Notes: generated from the sequence alone by a model not told the origin. A stretch of 60,705 nucleotides of DNA from Actinomycetes bacterium (GCA_024276735.1 JAJRWQ010000095.1:1-60705), one strand, 5' to 3'; positions 32,848 to 43,597 are shown, counted from the first letter of the stretch. Made by a program: numbers and translations.

Positions 32848-33840
32848 TCAGTCCTCGAACAGCGCCCGGGCGAAGTCGGCGGCATCGAAGGGGCGCAGGT
32901 CCTCGATCTTCTCCCCCACTCCCACCAGCTTGATGGGCAACTCCAGCTCGTGGGCGATGGCCACGGCGATGCCGCCCTTGGCGGTGCCGTCCAGCTTGGT
33001 GAGCACCACGCCGGTGACGCCCACCGCCTCGCCGAAGAGGCGGGCCTGGCTGAGGCCGTTCTGGCCGGTGGTGGCGTCGATCACCAGCAGCGTCTCGTGG
33101 GGAGCGTCCTCCACCTGCTTCGCCGCCACCCGCCGGATCTTCTTCAGCTCCTCCATCAGTGGCACCTGGGTGTGCAGGCGGCCGGCGGTGTCGATGATCA
33201 CCACGTCGGTTCCCCGCGAGCGGGCGGCAGCCAGGGCGTCGAACACCACCGCCCCCGGGTCGCTGCCGCGCTCCTGCCGGATCACCGGGCATCCCACGCG
33301 CTCGCCCCATTCAGCCAGCTGCTCGATGGCGGCGGCGCGGAAGGTGTCGGCGGCGGCCAGCATCACGCTCTTGCCCTGCTGCTGCAGGTACCAGGCGATC
33401 TTGCCGATGGTGGTGGTCTTGCCGGTGCCGTTGACGCCCACCACCATCAGCACCGACGGCTGCCGCGAGACGTCGATGCGGTCGTCTCCCACGGTCAGCA
33501 GGTCCACCAGCGCCGCTTCCAGCTCGGCGTAGAACTGCTCGCGGTTGCTCACCGTGCCCTTGGCGGCGGCCGCCTCCAGGCGGTCCACCACCGCCACGGT
33601 GCTCTCCACGCCGCAGTCGGCGAAAATCAGGGTTTCCTCGAGCTGTTCCCAGAGTTCGGCGTCGAGGCGGTCGAACATCACCGTGGAGAGATGCTGCTGC
33701 ATGTTCTTGCGGCTCTTGGCCAGGCCGTCCTTGAGCCGCTTGAACCAGCCCTTCTTCTCCGCGGGCGCCGCTTCCCGGGTCGCGGCTGCCTCCCCGCCGG
33801 GCTCGATTCCCTTGAAGACTTCTTCCCAGGAGCGCGTCAT
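32848..33840 (-). CDS. ftsY: signal recognition particle receptor FtsY
   Basis: [35 protein letters not shown]. Confidence 0.95.
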   Translation of the reverse strand: MTRSWEEVFKGIEPGGEAAATREAAPAEKKGWFKRLKDGLAKSRKNMQQHLSTVMFDRLDAELWEQLEETLIFADCGVESTVAVVDRLEAAAAKGTVSNREQFYAELEAALVDLLTVGDDRIDVSRQPSVLMVVGVNGTGKTTTIGKIAWYLQQQGKSVMLAAADTFRAAAIEQLAEWGERVGCPVIRQERGSDPGAVVFDALAAARSRGTDVVIIDTAGRLHTQVPLMEELKKIRRVAAKQVEDAPHETLLVIDATTGQNGLSQARLFGEAVGVTGVVLTKLDGTAKGGIAVAIAHELELPIKLVGVGEKIEDLRPFDAADFARALFED

Positions 33841-33864
33841 TGCCGTCGCCGGTTCACCGGGCGC

Positions 33865-36800
33865 TCAGCCGGCAAGGGCTGCCGGGGCTGCCGCTTCCTC
33901 GCCCTCTTTGCCGCCCGCTTCTTCCTCGCTGCCGTCTCCCTCGGGCGGCCCGTCCGGCTTCTGCATGCGCCGGGAAAGCACCTTCGAGGTGCCGTCGGCG
34001 CCCATGCTGACGCCGTAGAGCACGTCGGCGACCTCCATGGTGCGCTTCTGGTGGGTGATGACGATGAACTGGGTGCGGTCCTGGAAGCGCCTGAGCATGT
34101 TCAGCAGGCGGTCGATGTTGGCGTCGTCGAGCGCCGCCTCCACCTCGTCGAGGATGTAGAAGGGGGCCGGGCGCGCCAGGAAGATGGCAAAGAGGAAGGC
34201 GATCGCCACCAGCGAACGCTCGCCGCCGGAGAGCAGCGAAAGGCTGCGCACCGCCTTGCGCGCCGGCTTAACCGAGATCTCCACGCCGCGGCGGTCGAAG
34301 TCCGGCACCGTCTCCTCCCCCTCTTCGCCGGCCGGCTCGTCGGCCACGGGATCTTCCTCGTCGTCACCGTCCTCGGGCTCGACGATCCGCAGCCGCCCCT
34401 CGCCGCCGGGGAAGAGCGCCGCCACCACCTCGGCGAAGTTCTTCCGCACCGCCTCGAAGGTCTCGGCGAAGGTGGACTCGATGTGGCGGGTGAGCTCGCG
34501 GATGAGCCCGCGCAGCTCGCTCATGCTCTGTTCCAAGTCGCGCCGCTGCTCGGCAAGGAATTCCTGCCGCTCCAGCATCTCCTGGTACTCCTGCGCCGCC
34601 AGCGGGTTCACCGGCCCGATGTTCTCCCGCCGCCGCTCCAGCCGCTCCAGCAACGCCTCCGTCTCTTCCAGCTCCCCCGGGGGCGTCGCCTCGGCGGCCT
34701 CGATCTCCTCCGGGAAACGCTCCTGCAGCTCGTCCAGCTGCTCCTGCTGCTCCCGCACCTGGTCCCGGAGCTTGGCCAGGCCCACCTCGCAGTCGGTGGT
34801 ATCGTCGCTGGCGCGGCTCAGCTGCTGCTGCAGGTCCGCCTCCGCCTGGGAAAGCTCCTTGAGCGATGCCGAGATCTCCTCGCTCTCCGCCTCCGCTTCC
34901 TTCATGCGGCCGGCCACCGCGCCGGCGACCTCCTCGAAGGCACCGGTGAGACGCTCCAGCGCCGCCGACAGCTCCTGCAGGCGCGGATCCAGGCGGCGTC
35001 CCGCCTCCACCTGGCGAGCAGCCGCCGCCGATTCCCCGGCCAGGCGCTCCAGCTGGGGCTCCATGCGCTCCACCGTTCCCGCGGCCAGCTGCTCGCGCTC
35101 GCGCACGCGGGCGGCGGTGATCCTGAGCTCGGTGAGCTCCTGTTCCAGCTGATCCCGCTGCGCTTCCAGGTCCCCGTCGCCGTCCTCTTCCTGCCGGGGC
35201 TGGATATCGGCGAGCGAGCGCTCCGCCTCCTCCAGCCGCTTCTCCACTTCCCCGAATTCGCCGCCCACCTTCTCCGCCTCGCCGCGGAAATGATCGCGGC
35301 GCTCCGTCTCCAGCTCCAGCTCCTGCTCGAGCACCCGGCAGCGGCGCTCCAGCGCCTCCATGCCTTCGCCCGCGGCCCGGGCGGCCTCCGCCGCCTCGGC
35401 CAGGGACCGCTCGGCCTGCCGGTGCTGCTCCCGGGCCTGCCGGAAGCGCTGCTCCAGGTCCTCCACCCGTGCCGCCAGCCGGTCCCGCCTCTCCTCGGCG
35501 GCCTGCCGCTCGCGCTCCAGGCGGCGGCGCTCGTGCCGCTGGCGCAGCACCACCGAGGCGGGAGGATCGGCGTGGTAGCTCAAGAGGCGCCGTTCACCGT
35601 GGTAGACGACGCCGTCGCGGGTCACCCAAACTCCTTCGCCGTCGATGCCGTCCAGGTCGTCGACGACAGCCACCGAGGCCAGGAGGTCGCTGACGAAAGG
35701 CGCCCAGTGGCCAGGCACGCGCACGTGGTCCAGCAGACTCTCGCCGCGCGACGCGGGAGCGTCGCCCCGACCGGGGACGATGAATTCCACGCCGCCCATG
35801 CCGGCCTCCCGCACCCGCTCCAGCAGTGACTTCGCCTCGTCGAGGTCCTTCACCGCCAGGGCGAAGAGGGCGCGGCCCAGCACCGCCGCCACCGCCCGTT
35901 CGTAGCCCGGTTCCACCTCGACCAGGTCCACCAGCGCCTTGAGATCCTCGTCCCGGGAAAGCTCCTTGGCCGCCGGCGGCAGCCCGGCCCGGTCACGGTC
36001 GCTGTCGCCGATGAACGTCAGCCGCGCCCGGGCGATCTTCAGCTCCTCCTCCACCTGGCGCAGCTCCTTGGCCACCGCCTCGCGCTCGCTTTCCATCTCC
36101 TCGTACCTGCGCCCGGCGTCCGCAGCCGCCTGCCGCGCCGCCGCCAGCCGGCGCTCTGCCTCTTCCTGGGCCGCCTCGCGGGAGGAAAGCTTCTCCCCGA
36201 GTTCCCGGAGCTCCGACTGGTAGCCGTCGATGCGTTCCTGGCAGGCTTCGACGTCTTCTGCCAGCTTCTGCCGGCGGCGGCGCAAGTACTCCAGCTGGTG
36301 GCGGAAGCGCTCGCAGGCCGCTTCCGCCTCCCGGAGAAGCCGGCTCCGTTCCTCGTCCTCGCGCCGCCGGCGGGCGAGGGCCTCCGTCACCCGCTCGAGC
36401 TCCTGCTGCTTGAGGCGGATCTCCGCCTCCACCTGCTCCAGGCGCACGCGGCCGTCGCGGCGATCGCGGCGCGCCCGCTCCAGTTCCTCCCGGGCCCGCT
36501 GCATCTGCCCCTGGAGGTTGCCGATACGCTCGCCGGCCCGCTCCGCCGCCCGTGCCAGGGTTCGGCGCTGCCGGGCCAGGTCGTCCCGCTTCTGTTCCAG
36601 GCCCCGCCGCAGCGAGCCCAGCTCGTAGTAGCGGGATACCAGCTGCTTGTGAACCTTTAGCGAGGCCGTCAGTCGCTCCTCGGTGGCCCGGCGCTCGGCG
36701 GCGGCCGCCGCCAGCTTGCGCTCCAGCTCCCGCCGGCGCTCGCCGGCGTCGCGCGAGGCCGCCTCGGCGCGGGCCAGTTCCCCCGCGAGCTGTTCCATGC

Positions 36801-37497
36801 GGCCCTTGATCAGCCGCGCCCGCGTCGCCGCGATCTTCTTCTCCAACCGCGCCGAGCGCTCTGCCGCCGTGGCCTGGCGCTTCAGGGGGCGCAGGTGCGC
36901 CTTTACCTCCTCTTCCACGTCGGCCAGGCGCTCCAGATTGCGGCGCACCGCCGCCAGCTTGCGCTCGGCGCGGTGCCGGCGCTTCTTGTACTTGCCCAAG
37001 CCGGCGGCCTCCTCGATATGCGCCCGCCGCTGCTCGGGACGGCTCTCGAGCACCGCGTCCACCTTGCCCTGGCTGACGATGGAATGGCCGTCGCGCCCCA
37101 GGCCGGCGTCCGAAAGCAGCTCGCCCACGTCGATGAGCCGGCAGGCAGAGCGGTTGATGAAGTACTTGCCTTCGCCGTCGCGGTACAGGCGCCGCGAGAC
37201 CAGCACCTCGGAGAAATCGATGGGAATGCTGCCGTCGCTGTTGTCGAACAGCAGCTCCACCTCGGCCATGCCGGCGGGGGGCAGCTTGTCGCTGCCGGAG
37301 AAGATCACGTCCTGCATCGAGGCGCCGCGCACTGCCCGGGGGCTCTGTTCCCCCATGGCCCAGACGACGGCGTCGGCGATGTTACTCTTGCCGCTGCCGT
37401 TGGGGCCCACCACCACGGTGATACCGCGGTCGAAGGCGAATTCCACCGGCCGCGCAAACGACTTGAAGCCCCTGGCTCTGACCGCCTTGAGAAACAT
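33865..37497 (-). CDS. smc: chromosome segregation protein SMC
   Basis: MFLKAVRARGFKSFARPVEFAFDRGITVVVGPNGSGKSNIADAV, long coiled coils, hinge region, C-terminal LSGGERSLVAIAFLFAIF...YILDEVEAALD. Confidence 0.95.
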   Translation of the reverse strand: MFLKAVRARGFKSFARPVEFAFDRGITVVVGPNGSGKSNIADAVVWAMGEQSPRAVRGASMQDVIFSGSDKLPPAGMAEVELLFDNSDGSIPIDFSEVLVSRRLYRDGEGKYFINRSACRLIDVGELLSDAGLGRDGHSIVSQGKVDAVLESRPEQRRAHIEEAAGLGKYKKRRHRAERKLAAVRRNLERLADVEEEVKAHLRPLKRQATAAERSARLEKKIAATRARLIKGRMEQLAGELARAEAASRDAGERRRELERKLAAAAAERRATEERLTASLKVHKQLVSRYYELGSLRRGLEQKRDDLARQRRTLARAAERAGERIGNLQGQMQRAREELERARRDRRDGRVRLEQVEAEIRLKQQELERVTEALARRRREDEERSRLLREAEAACERFRHQLEYLRRRRQKLAEDVEACQERIDGYQSELRELGEKLSSREAAQEEAERRLAAARQAAADAGRRYEEMESEREAVAKELRQVEEELKIARARLTFIGDSDRDRAGLPPAAKELSRDEDLKALVDLVEVEPGYERAVAAVLGRALFALAVKDLDEAKSLLERVREAGMGGVEFIVPGRGDAPASRGESLLDHVRVPGHWAPFVSDLLASVAVVDDLDGIDGEGVWVTRDGVVYHGERRLLSYHADPPASVVLRQRHERRRLERERQAAEERRDRLAARVEDLEQRFRQAREQHRQAERSLAEAAEAARAAGEGMEALERRCRVLEQELELETERRDHFRGEAEKVGGEFGEVEKRLEEAERSLADIQPRQEEDGDGDLEAQRDQLEQELTELRITAARVREREQLAAGTVERMEPQLERLAGESAAAARQVEAGRRLDPRLQELSAALERLTGAFEEVAGAVAGRMKEAEAESEEISASLKELSQAEADLQQQLSRASDDTTDCEVGLAKLRDQVREQQEQLDELQERFPEEIEAAEATPPGELEETEALLERLERRRENIGPVNPLAAQEYQEMLERQEFLAEQRRDLEQSMSELRGLIRELTRHIESTFAETFEAVRKNFAEVVAALFPGGEGRLRIVEPEDGDDEEDPVADEPAGEEGEETVPDFDRRGVEISVKPARKAVRSLSLLSGGERSLVAIAFLFAIFLARPAPFYILDEVEAALDDANIDRLLNMLRRFQDRTQFIVITHQKRTMEVADVLYGVSMGADGTSKVLSRRMQKPDGPPEGDGSEEEAGGKEGEEAAAPAALAG

Positions 37498-37589
37498 TCC
37501 TCTCCTTTCTTCAGCAGGCCCTGCCGGCCGTGCCGGCGGGCGGCTGCCTTTGAAAAAGCCCGCCTGTCCGGGGACCGCGGGCGCTGACT

Positions 37590-38273
37590 TCAGGAGACCT
37601 CGTCTCCTGCAGACTTCAGTGCCTCCAGTGCTTCTTTCGCCGCCTCCTGCTGAGAAACCTTTTTCGACCGGCCCCGCCCGCGGCCCAGCGCCTCGCCGTC
37701 CACGTCAACCTCGGAGGTGAACAGGCGGGCATGGGCCGGACCTTCCACCGCCACCACCTCGTAGTTCACCTCCAGGCCGCGCCGCGCCGCCTCTTCCTGC
37801 AGCTCGGTCTTGAAATCGATGTGCTCGCTGACGGCATAGGAGATGTGTTCCGCGAACGCCTCCAGCACCGGGCCCACGACGGCGTCGAACCCGAACTGGA
37901 GGTAGAGGGCGCCGATGAGCGCTTCCACTACCGCGGCGATGACGTTGGCATTGGTGGAAAGGGATTCGATGTTGGCGGCACCGGCCTTCTCGGCGGAGGC
38001 CGCCAGCTTCTCGGCCAGGCCCAGCTCCCGGCCCACGCGGGCGCAGGTATGCCGGCTGACCACGTAGGCGCGCACCTTCGCCAGGTCCCCCTCGTTGTAA
38101 TCGGGATACCGCTCGTAGATGTCGGTGCTGATGCAGAGCCCCAGTACGCTGTCGCCCAGGAACTCCAGCCTTTCGTAAGAAAGCGCCCGTTCCGGCGCCC
38201 ATGAAGAGTGGGTGAAAACCCGCCGGGCCAGCTCCGGCTCCAGTTGCTCCGCCAGTTGGTCCAGCGTTGCCAA
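37590..38273 (-). CDS. rnc: ribonuclease III
   Basis: SYERLEFLGDSVLGL signature plus a C-terminal dsRBD (...GRGRGRSKKVSQQEAAKEALEAL). Confidence 0.94.
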   Translation of the reverse strand: MATLDQLAEQLEPELARRVFTHSSWAPERALSYERLEFLGDSVLGLCISTDIYERYPDYNEGDLAKVRAYVVSRHTCARVGRELGLAEKLAASAEKAGAANIESLSTNANVIAAVVEALIGALYLQFGFDAVVGPVLEAFAEHISYAVSEHIDFKTELQEEAARRGLEVNYEVVAVEGPAHARLFTSEVDVDGEALGRGRGRSKKVSQQEAAKEALEALKSAGDEVS

Positions 38274-38283
38274 GGCCTGGCTC

Positions 38284-38523
38284 TCAGGCGCGGGCGGCCA
38301 CGAATTCCACGGCCTCGCCCACGGTGCCTATCTGCTGCGCTTCCTCGTCGGTGATCTTCACGTCGAACTTGTCTTCCATCTCCATGATGATCTCGGCCAG
38401 GTCGAGGGAATCGGCGTCGAGGTCGTCCTGGAACGAAGCCTCGGTGGTAACCTGGTCCTCGTCGACTCCCAGTCGATCGACCAGTATCTCCTTCATCTGG
38501 TCGAAGATCTCCTCCTTGGTCAT
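38284..38523 (-). CDS. acpP: acyl carrier protein
   Basis: [20 protein letters not shown] contains the DSL phosphopantetheine attachment motif. Confidence 0.95.
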   Translation of the reverse strand: MTKEEIFDQMKEILVDRLGVDEDQVTTEASFQDDLDADSLDLAEIIMEMEDKFDVKITDEEAQQIGTVGEAVEFVAARA

Positions 38524-38568
38524 GCAGGCCTCCGTTTCCTTTGGCGGGATTGCTTCTCCAACGGCAGG

Positions 38569-38597
38569 AATCTACCACGACTGCCGGCTTTTTTCAA
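38569..38597 (-). promoter_or_regulatory. candidate promoter of acpP
   Basis: Minus strand TTGAAA (38597-38592), 17-nt spacer, TAGATT (38574-38569). Confidence 0.5.
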
Positions 38598-38624
38598 AGC
38601 GGGGCCCGCTGGAACGGACGGGCG

Positions 38625-39665
38625 TCATGCCGGCGCCTCCCCGGCGATCCGCGCCGCGATCTTGCCCACCACGTCGTGGGCCGCCGCCCGCGCCGTCAGC
38701 CGCAGGGCGTTGGCGATGGCGCGGCTGCTGGAGTTTCCGTGGCAGACCACCACCAGGCCGCGGACGCCCAGCAGGTAGGCGCCGCTGTAGACCTCGGGGT
38801 CGATGCTTTCCTTGAAGCGCCGCAGCCGCCGCCTGAGCAGCAGCCCCCCCAGCCTGGCGAGGAAGCTGCCGCTGGCCGCCCGCCTGATCTCCTCGATCAC
38901 CACCGCCGAGGTGCTCTCCATCAGCTTCAGGCAGACGTTGCCGGTGAAACCGTCGGTGACCACCACGTCCACCACGTTGCGCACCATGTCGCGCCCCTCG
39001 ATGTTGCCGTAGAAGTCGATGGTCCCGGACCCGGTGAGCAGCCGGTGGGCCTCCAGAACCAGCTCGTTCCCCTTGACCGACTCCTCGCCGATGGATACCA
39101 GCCCCACGCTGGGTGCGGCCACGCCCAGCACCTCGCGGGAGAAGACGGATCCCATCTGGGCGAACTCCAGCAGGTGCACGGGCCGCACCTCGGCATTGGC
39201 GCCCACGTCGATGAACACGGTGGGCTTACCAGGGGTGGGGATCACGGCGCAGAGCCCCGGCCGCTTCACTCCCTTGAGCCGCCGCAGCCGGAAGAGCGCC
39301 GCCGCCATGGCGGCGCCGGTATTGCCGGCGCTCACAATTCCCTGCGCCCTGCCGGCGGCCACCTGCTCGCAGGCCACCACCAGGGAGGAGTCCGGCTTTT
39401 CCCTCACCGAGCGGGTGGGTTCCTCGTCGAAGCCGATCACCTGCGACGCGGGGACGATCTCCAGGTGGCGCCGCTTCTCCGCGCCGGTGCCCTCGAGGCA
39501 GCGCTCGATGTCGTCGCCGCGGCCCACCAGCAGCACCTTCAGCCCCGGGCCGGCGGCCTCGACGGCCCCCGCCACCACGGCCTCGGGCGCGTGGTCGCCG
39601 CCCATGGCGTCGAGCGCCACCACGGTCTGCCCGCTGTTTCCGCCCTGATCCTGCAAACCTTCCAT
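38625..39665 (-). CDS. plsX: phosphate acyltransferase PlsX
   Basis: VALDAMGGDHAPEAVV..., FIDVGANAE, DVVVTDGFTGNVCLK, GAYLLGVRGLVVVCHGNSS. Confidence 0.94.
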   Translation of the reverse strand: MEGLQDQGGNSGQTVVALDAMGGDHAPEAVVAGAVEAAGPGLKVLLVGRGDDIERCLEGTGAEKRRHLEIVPASQVIGFDEEPTRSVREKPDSSLVVACEQVAAGRAQGIVSAGNTGAAMAAALFRLRRLKGVKRPGLCAVIPTPGKPTVFIDVGANAEVRPVHLLEFAQMGSVFSREVLGVAAPSVGLVSIGEESVKGNELVLEAHRLLTGSGTIDFYGNIEGRDMVRNVVDVVVTDGFTGNVCLKLMESTSAVVIEEIRRAASGSFLARLGGLLLRRRLRRFKESIDPEVYSGAYLLGVRGLVVVCHGNSSSRAIANALRLTARAAAHDVVGKIAARIAGEAPA

Positions 39666-39817
39666 GGGCGCCTCGTCCCTCCCGGTCGTCCCTGGCGCCG
39701 CCGTCCGGCGGCGAAAAGATTCTATCGCCTCCGGCCGGTGGCAGGAAACCTGCAGCGGCGGCCGCCGTTGTTGTATGATGATGAACCGGTGAAGAAATCG
39801 ACTCCGGGAGCCGGGTA

Positions 39818-39955
39818 TTGCCGCGTCTCGCCTACCTGATCATATCCATCGGCTGCATCGTCATCGCCGTCTCGCTCTACCTGTCCGGCTACCACGGCTA
39901 CAGCGGCCTGGTGCTGGCGATCGGCCTCGCCTCGGCCGTCAATCTCAAGAGCTGA
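39818..39955 (+). CDS. possible 45-aa two-TM mini-protein
   Basis: TTG 39818 about 8 nt after GGGAG. PRLAYLIISIGCIVIAVSLYLSGYHGYSGLVLAIGLASAVNLKS. Its stop abuts the stop of the convergent gene (TGATCA). Weak support. Confidence 0.3.
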   Translation: MPRLAYLIISIGCIVIAVSLYLSGYHGYSGLVLAIGLASAVNLKS

Positions 39956-41209
39956 TCAGCGCCGCGGCGCAGCGGTGACGGCCGCCAGCAGCTCCCGGGC
40001 CTGCTGCTGGCAATCGTCGGGAGGAAAGTGCCGCCGGGCCGCCTCCAGGTTCCGTTCGGTCATCTCCGCGAGCAGCTCCCCGTGCGCCACCAGCCGAGCC
40101 GCCTTGCGGCCGTCCAGCGGCAGGAACTGGAAACCCCGACCCCGGTATTCCTCCGGCACGGCCCCGGCCGCCGCGGCCAGGGGTTTGCCGGCGGCCGCTG
40201 CCTCCAGCACCGGGTTTCCGAGGCAGGGGCCGCCCGCGTGCACCACCAGGTCGCAGGCGGCATAGGCACGGGCGAGCTGGTATCCCGGCCCCCTTTCCGG
40301 GGAATCACCGGCCGGTGTCGCCGAACCGGGCAGGGTAACCAGCCTCTCCCCCGCCGGCGCTGCCGGCCCGCCGTTCCCGCCGGCCGCCAGCAGCCATGCC
40401 GGCCTGCCGGACGCCGCCTCCATCTCGGCGGCAAACCGCAGCGCCGCCGCGGTGCCGTCGCCGACGGCAGGCGCGAAGAGTAGCAGGTCGTTTTCGTCCA
40501 CGCCCAGCTGCTGCCGCAGGGCCGCCGCCTCCCCGCCGTCGAGGCTGTCTTCCAGGCAGTCGCGCCAGGTCAGCACCGCCCCGTCCACGTACCGCTCCAG
40601 GCCACGGCGCACGCGCTCGCCCAGGGCCAGGTGGCGCACCGGCACCGGCGGCACCGGCAACAGGCCGGCGACGACGTCGCCGAGCTGCGACCGCCGGCAG
40701 CGCCGGTCGTCCCAGCCGGTGCAGTGGTGAACCGCCACGGCGGGCACCGCCGTCTCCTCGATCAGCCGCGACAGGGCCACGGCCAGCGGCAGGTGCGCCG
40801 GGCGGGAGAAGACGTCCTCGCAGAAGCAGGCCGCGTCCCCGAGCTCCCCGAAGAGCGGGGCCAGCGCCGTCGCCGTCGCCCCAGCCAGCCGCTCGAGCTC
40901 CGCCGCCAGCGCTTCGCGGCCACTGCCGCCATCCATGAGCACGCCGGTGAACGTCTCGATCTCGGGGTCGAGGTGGTTGAGCGCGGGGATCACCCGGTCG
41001 CGCTTGCCGGGACGGGGAATGTAGCCGGCGGCGCGGTGTATCTCCAGCCCCAGCCCGGCGAGGGCCGCCGCCCGCCTTTCCACCGCCACGGACACCGGGT
41101 CCATGGTATCCAGGTGGAAAGCAATGAACAAAGCCTTCGACAAGCCCTTCCCCTCGCCGTGCCCCTCCGCCGACAGCGCCAGTATATGACGCCGGCGGGC
41201 GGGCGACAA
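39956..41209 (-). CDS. GT-B fold glycosyltransferase-like protein (GT4-like, divergent)
   Basis: C-terminal GNPVLEAAAAGKPLAAAAGAVPEEYRGRGFQFLPLD resembles the GT4/GT1 nucleotide-sugar binding region. Very Ala/Gly-rich. Alternative start TTG 41143 behind GAGGGGAAGGG. Confidence 0.5.
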   Translation of the reverse strand: MSPARRRHILALSAEGHGEGKGLSKALFIAFHLDTMDPVSVAVERRAAALAGLGLEIHRAAGYIPRPGKRDRVIPALNHLDPEIETFTGVLMDGGSGREALAAELERLAGATATALAPLFGELGDAACFCEDVFSRPAHLPLAVALSRLIEETAVPAVAVHHCTGWDDRRCRRSQLGDVVAGLLPVPPVPVRHLALGERVRRGLERYVDGAVLTWRDCLEDSLDGGEAAALRQQLGVDENDLLLFAPAVGDGTAAALRFAAEMEAASGRPAWLLAAGGNGGPAAPAGERLVTLPGSATPAGDSPERGPGYQLARAYAACDLVVHAGGPCLGNPVLEAAAAGKPLAAAAGAVPEEYRGRGFQFLPLDGRKAARLVAHGELLAEMTERNLEAARRHFPPDDCQQQARELLAAVTAAPRR

Positions 41210-41335
41210 TCATGACTTCACCTAGATTTATTGTCGATGTTGCCGGTTTGGAAACCCCGCCCGCGAAAAGGCTAAAGTTTCCGCGCCCCCTGCCGATAAT
41301 GTGGGTGAGCTTGAGCATACACCCTTCATCCTCAT

Positions 41336-41366
41336 AAAAAAGGCAGCCTGGTCAGCTTCCTTTTTT
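41336..41366. terminator. A6-hairpin-T6 bidirectional-type terminator downstream of pfkB
   Basis: AAAAAAGGCAGC-CTGGTC-AGCTTCCTTTTTT (stem with one mismatch). Confidence 0.45.
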
Positions 41367-41402
41367 ATTGCCCTTTTTCACCGGCCGGTCGCCGCCATCG
41401 CC

Positions 41403-42347
41403 TCAGTCGACTTCCATCTCCTCCGCCTGCGTGCGCGAGAGGAGGCGCTTCGCCTCGTGGGGGTCGAAGATACCGGCGCCGTACTTCTGGGTGCTGGCGG
41501 CACCACAGGCGACGCCGTAGCGCAGGCAGTAGGCCCGGTCCTTTCCCGAGAGCATGGCCGAGATGAAGCCGGCCAGGAAACAGTCGCCGGAGCCGACGGT
41601 GCTGATCGGTTCCAGCGGGGGAATGGTCACCTTGTAGGCGCTGCTCTCCTCGTCGTCGAAGTACGCGTAGCAGCCGCTGGCATGGGTGATGATACCGTTG
41701 CCGGCGCCCAGCTTGTGCAGCTGGCGGGCGGCGCGGATTAAATCGTCGTCACCGCTGAACTCGTGGCCGATCAGCGCCTCCGCCTCGTTGACGTTGGGCG
41801 AGACGTACCCGGGGCCGGCCTTGATTGCGTGCCGCAGGGGATCGCCCGCCGCGTCCAGCACCGTCACCACGTCCAGCTGGGAAAGGGTCTTGATGATGTC
41901 ACGGTAGAGCGAGTCCTTGACCTTGCGCGGCAGCGTGCCCGCCAGCACCACCACGTCGGCGCCCTTGGCGATGTAGCTGAACTTCTCCATGAACGCCTGC
42001 AGCTCGCGGGCGGTGACCACCGGCCCGTACTCGTTGACTTCCGTCTGGGTGTTGCTGGTGGGATCGATGATGGCGGTGGAGGTGCGGGTCTCGTCCTTGA
42101 TGCGCACGAAGTCGTTGAGGATGCCCTCGGCGGTGAGATCCTCCACCAGCCTGATGCCGGTCTTGCCGCCCGCCAGCCCGGTGGCGATCACCGGCTGCCC
42201 CAGCGTCTTCAGCGCCCGGGCGATGTTCACTCCCTTGCCGCCGGGGAGCGTCAGGCTCTCGCTGGCGCGGTGCCTGAAACCTACTTGGAAATTGGGTGCA
42301 GTGAGCGTACGATCCAGTGCCGCGTTCAGGGCTACGGTTACAATCAT
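41403..42347 (-). CDS. 1-phosphofructokinase-family hexose-phosphate kinase (PfkB family)
   Basis: MIVTVALNAALDRT..., PGGKGVNIARAL, C-terminal VGSGDCFLAGF (PfkB signature 2). Confidence 0.88.
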   Translation of the reverse strand: MIVTVALNAALDRTLTAPNFQVGFRHRASESLTLPGGKGVNIARALKTLGQPVIATGLAGGKTGIRLVEDLTAEGILNDFVRIKDETRTSTAIIDPTSNTQTEVNEYGPVVTARELQAFMEKFSYIAKGADVVVLAGTLPRKVKDSLYRDIIKTLSQLDVVTVLDAAGDPLRHAIKAGPGYVSPNVNEAEALIGHEFSGDDDLIRAARQLHKLGAGNGIITHASGCYAYFDDEESSAYKVTIPPLEPISTVGSGDCFLAGFISAMLSGKDRAYCLRYGVACGAASTQKYGAGIFDPHEAKRLLSRTQAEEMEVD

Positions 42348-42380
42348 CCGCTGTTCCTCCCGCTCTTCCCGTTCCGTCCT

Positions 42381-43541
42381 CTACACCAGGGACGTCAGCC
42401 TGGCCATCACGGAATCCAGGAAATAGTCTATTTTGCCCCGCCAGCCGGGATCCGGAACGTCCCCGGTGGCCAGCAGGTACGTCCGGCCCAGCAATTCGCC
42501 GTCGCTGTAGATCTCCATCAGCCCCACCCGGTCGCCCTGGTGGACCGGCAGCCGGAGCTCGTCCGGCAACACCAGCCGGTAGTCGATGTCGGCGTCGACG
42601 TGTACCTGCTTCACCAGCTCGCTCTCGGGCGCCAGTTCCATCGAGTCACCGTTGCTGTACGGTATCGGCACCGCCGCCGGGCGCTCCTCCCTGCCCACCA
42701 GCCGCCGCGGCTGGTAGCTGTCGAAACCGTACTGCAGCAGCACCGACACTTCCTGGTCCCGCTGGTGGGCGGAAGTGCCGCCGAGGTAAGCAGCGATGAG
42801 GTTCACGCCCTTCTGCGAGGCGGAAACGACGATGCAGTTGCCGGCGTTCTCAGTGTATCCCGTCTTGATGCCGTTGACCACCGGCAGCACCCCCAGCAGG
42901 TGATTATGGTTTTCGAACACGTAAGTGCCGATGTCACCGCCGACGGCGATACTCACCTGGGGCTGGGCGACGATCTCCCTGGCCTCGGGATACTTCATCA
43001 GCTCGGCGCCGATGGTGGCCAGGTCGCGGGCGGAGGCATAGTGGCCGTCGGTGTCGAGGCCGTGGGGATTCATGAAGTGGGTGTGCTTCAGGCCCAGGTC
43101 CTCCGCCTTCTGGTTCATCTGCTGCACGAACACTTCCTCGCTGCCCGCCTCGTACTCCGCCAGGGCCACGGCGGCGTCGTTGCCGCTCTGGATCAGCAGC
43201 CCTTCCAGCAACTGCCTCACCGTCATCTGCTCCCCCTCGCTAAGCCATATCGAGGATTCACCCACCTGGGCGGCGTTGCGGCTCACGGTCACCACCGCGT
43301 CCAGGTCGGGGCAGTTTTCCAGCACGATGAGCGCCGTCATCATCTTGGTGGTGCTGGCCATGGGCAGGCCCACGTCCGGGTCCTTGGCGTACAGCACCCG
43401 GCCGTCGTCGGCGTTGACCATGAAGACGGAGCGCGCCGTCACCGGCGGCGGCTCCGGGGCGGCGGCAGCGGCTGCCGGCACCAGCCACAGGAGCAACGCC
43501 GGCAACAGCGCGGCCAGTAGCCTGTATCCCTGTTTCAACAT
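42381..43541 (-). CDS. serine-type D-Ala-D-Ala carboxypeptidase (PBP5/DacB-like)
   Basis: Signal peptide, SxxK box MASTTKMMTALIV, SxN box IQSGNDAA, KTGYT box, C-terminal PBP5-C-like domain. Confidence 0.9.
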   Translation of the reverse strand: MLKQGYRLLAALLPALLLWLVPAAAAAAPEPPPVTARSVFMVNADDGRVLYAKDPDVGLPMASTTKMMTALIVLENCPDLDAVVTVSRNAAQVGESSIWLSEGEQMTVRQLLEGLLIQSGNDAAVALAEYEAGSEEVFVQQMNQKAEDLGLKHTHFMNPHGLDTDGHYASARDLATIGAELMKYPEAREIVAQPQVSIAVGGDIGTYVFENHNHLLGVLPVVNGIKTGYTENAGNCIVVSASQKGVNLIAAYLGGTSAHQRDQEVSVLLQYGFDSYQPRRLVGREERPAAVPIPYSNGDSMELAPESELVKQVHVDADIDYRLVLPDELRLPVHQGDRVGLMEIYSDGELLGRTYLLATGDVPDPGWRGKIDYFLDSVMARLTSLV

Positions 43542-43597
43542 CGTGATTGTCCCGCGGGTTCCCGTGCCCGGCCAGGCAGGTTGGCCGGCACGGTGGC

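Noticed and set aside
30755-35829. Very long ORFs at 30755-33310 (-, 851 aa) and 32731-35829 (+, 1032 aa)
   Set aside because: They are antisense to the NERD-helicase, ftsY and smc genes, all of which show canonical motifs. The translations are Gly/Arg/Ala/Leu-rich with no motifs. The same reasoning applies to 41763-43520 (+), 45668-47518 (+), 50264-52204 (+), 54150-56063 (+), 19353-20414 (+) and 8171-8971 (-).
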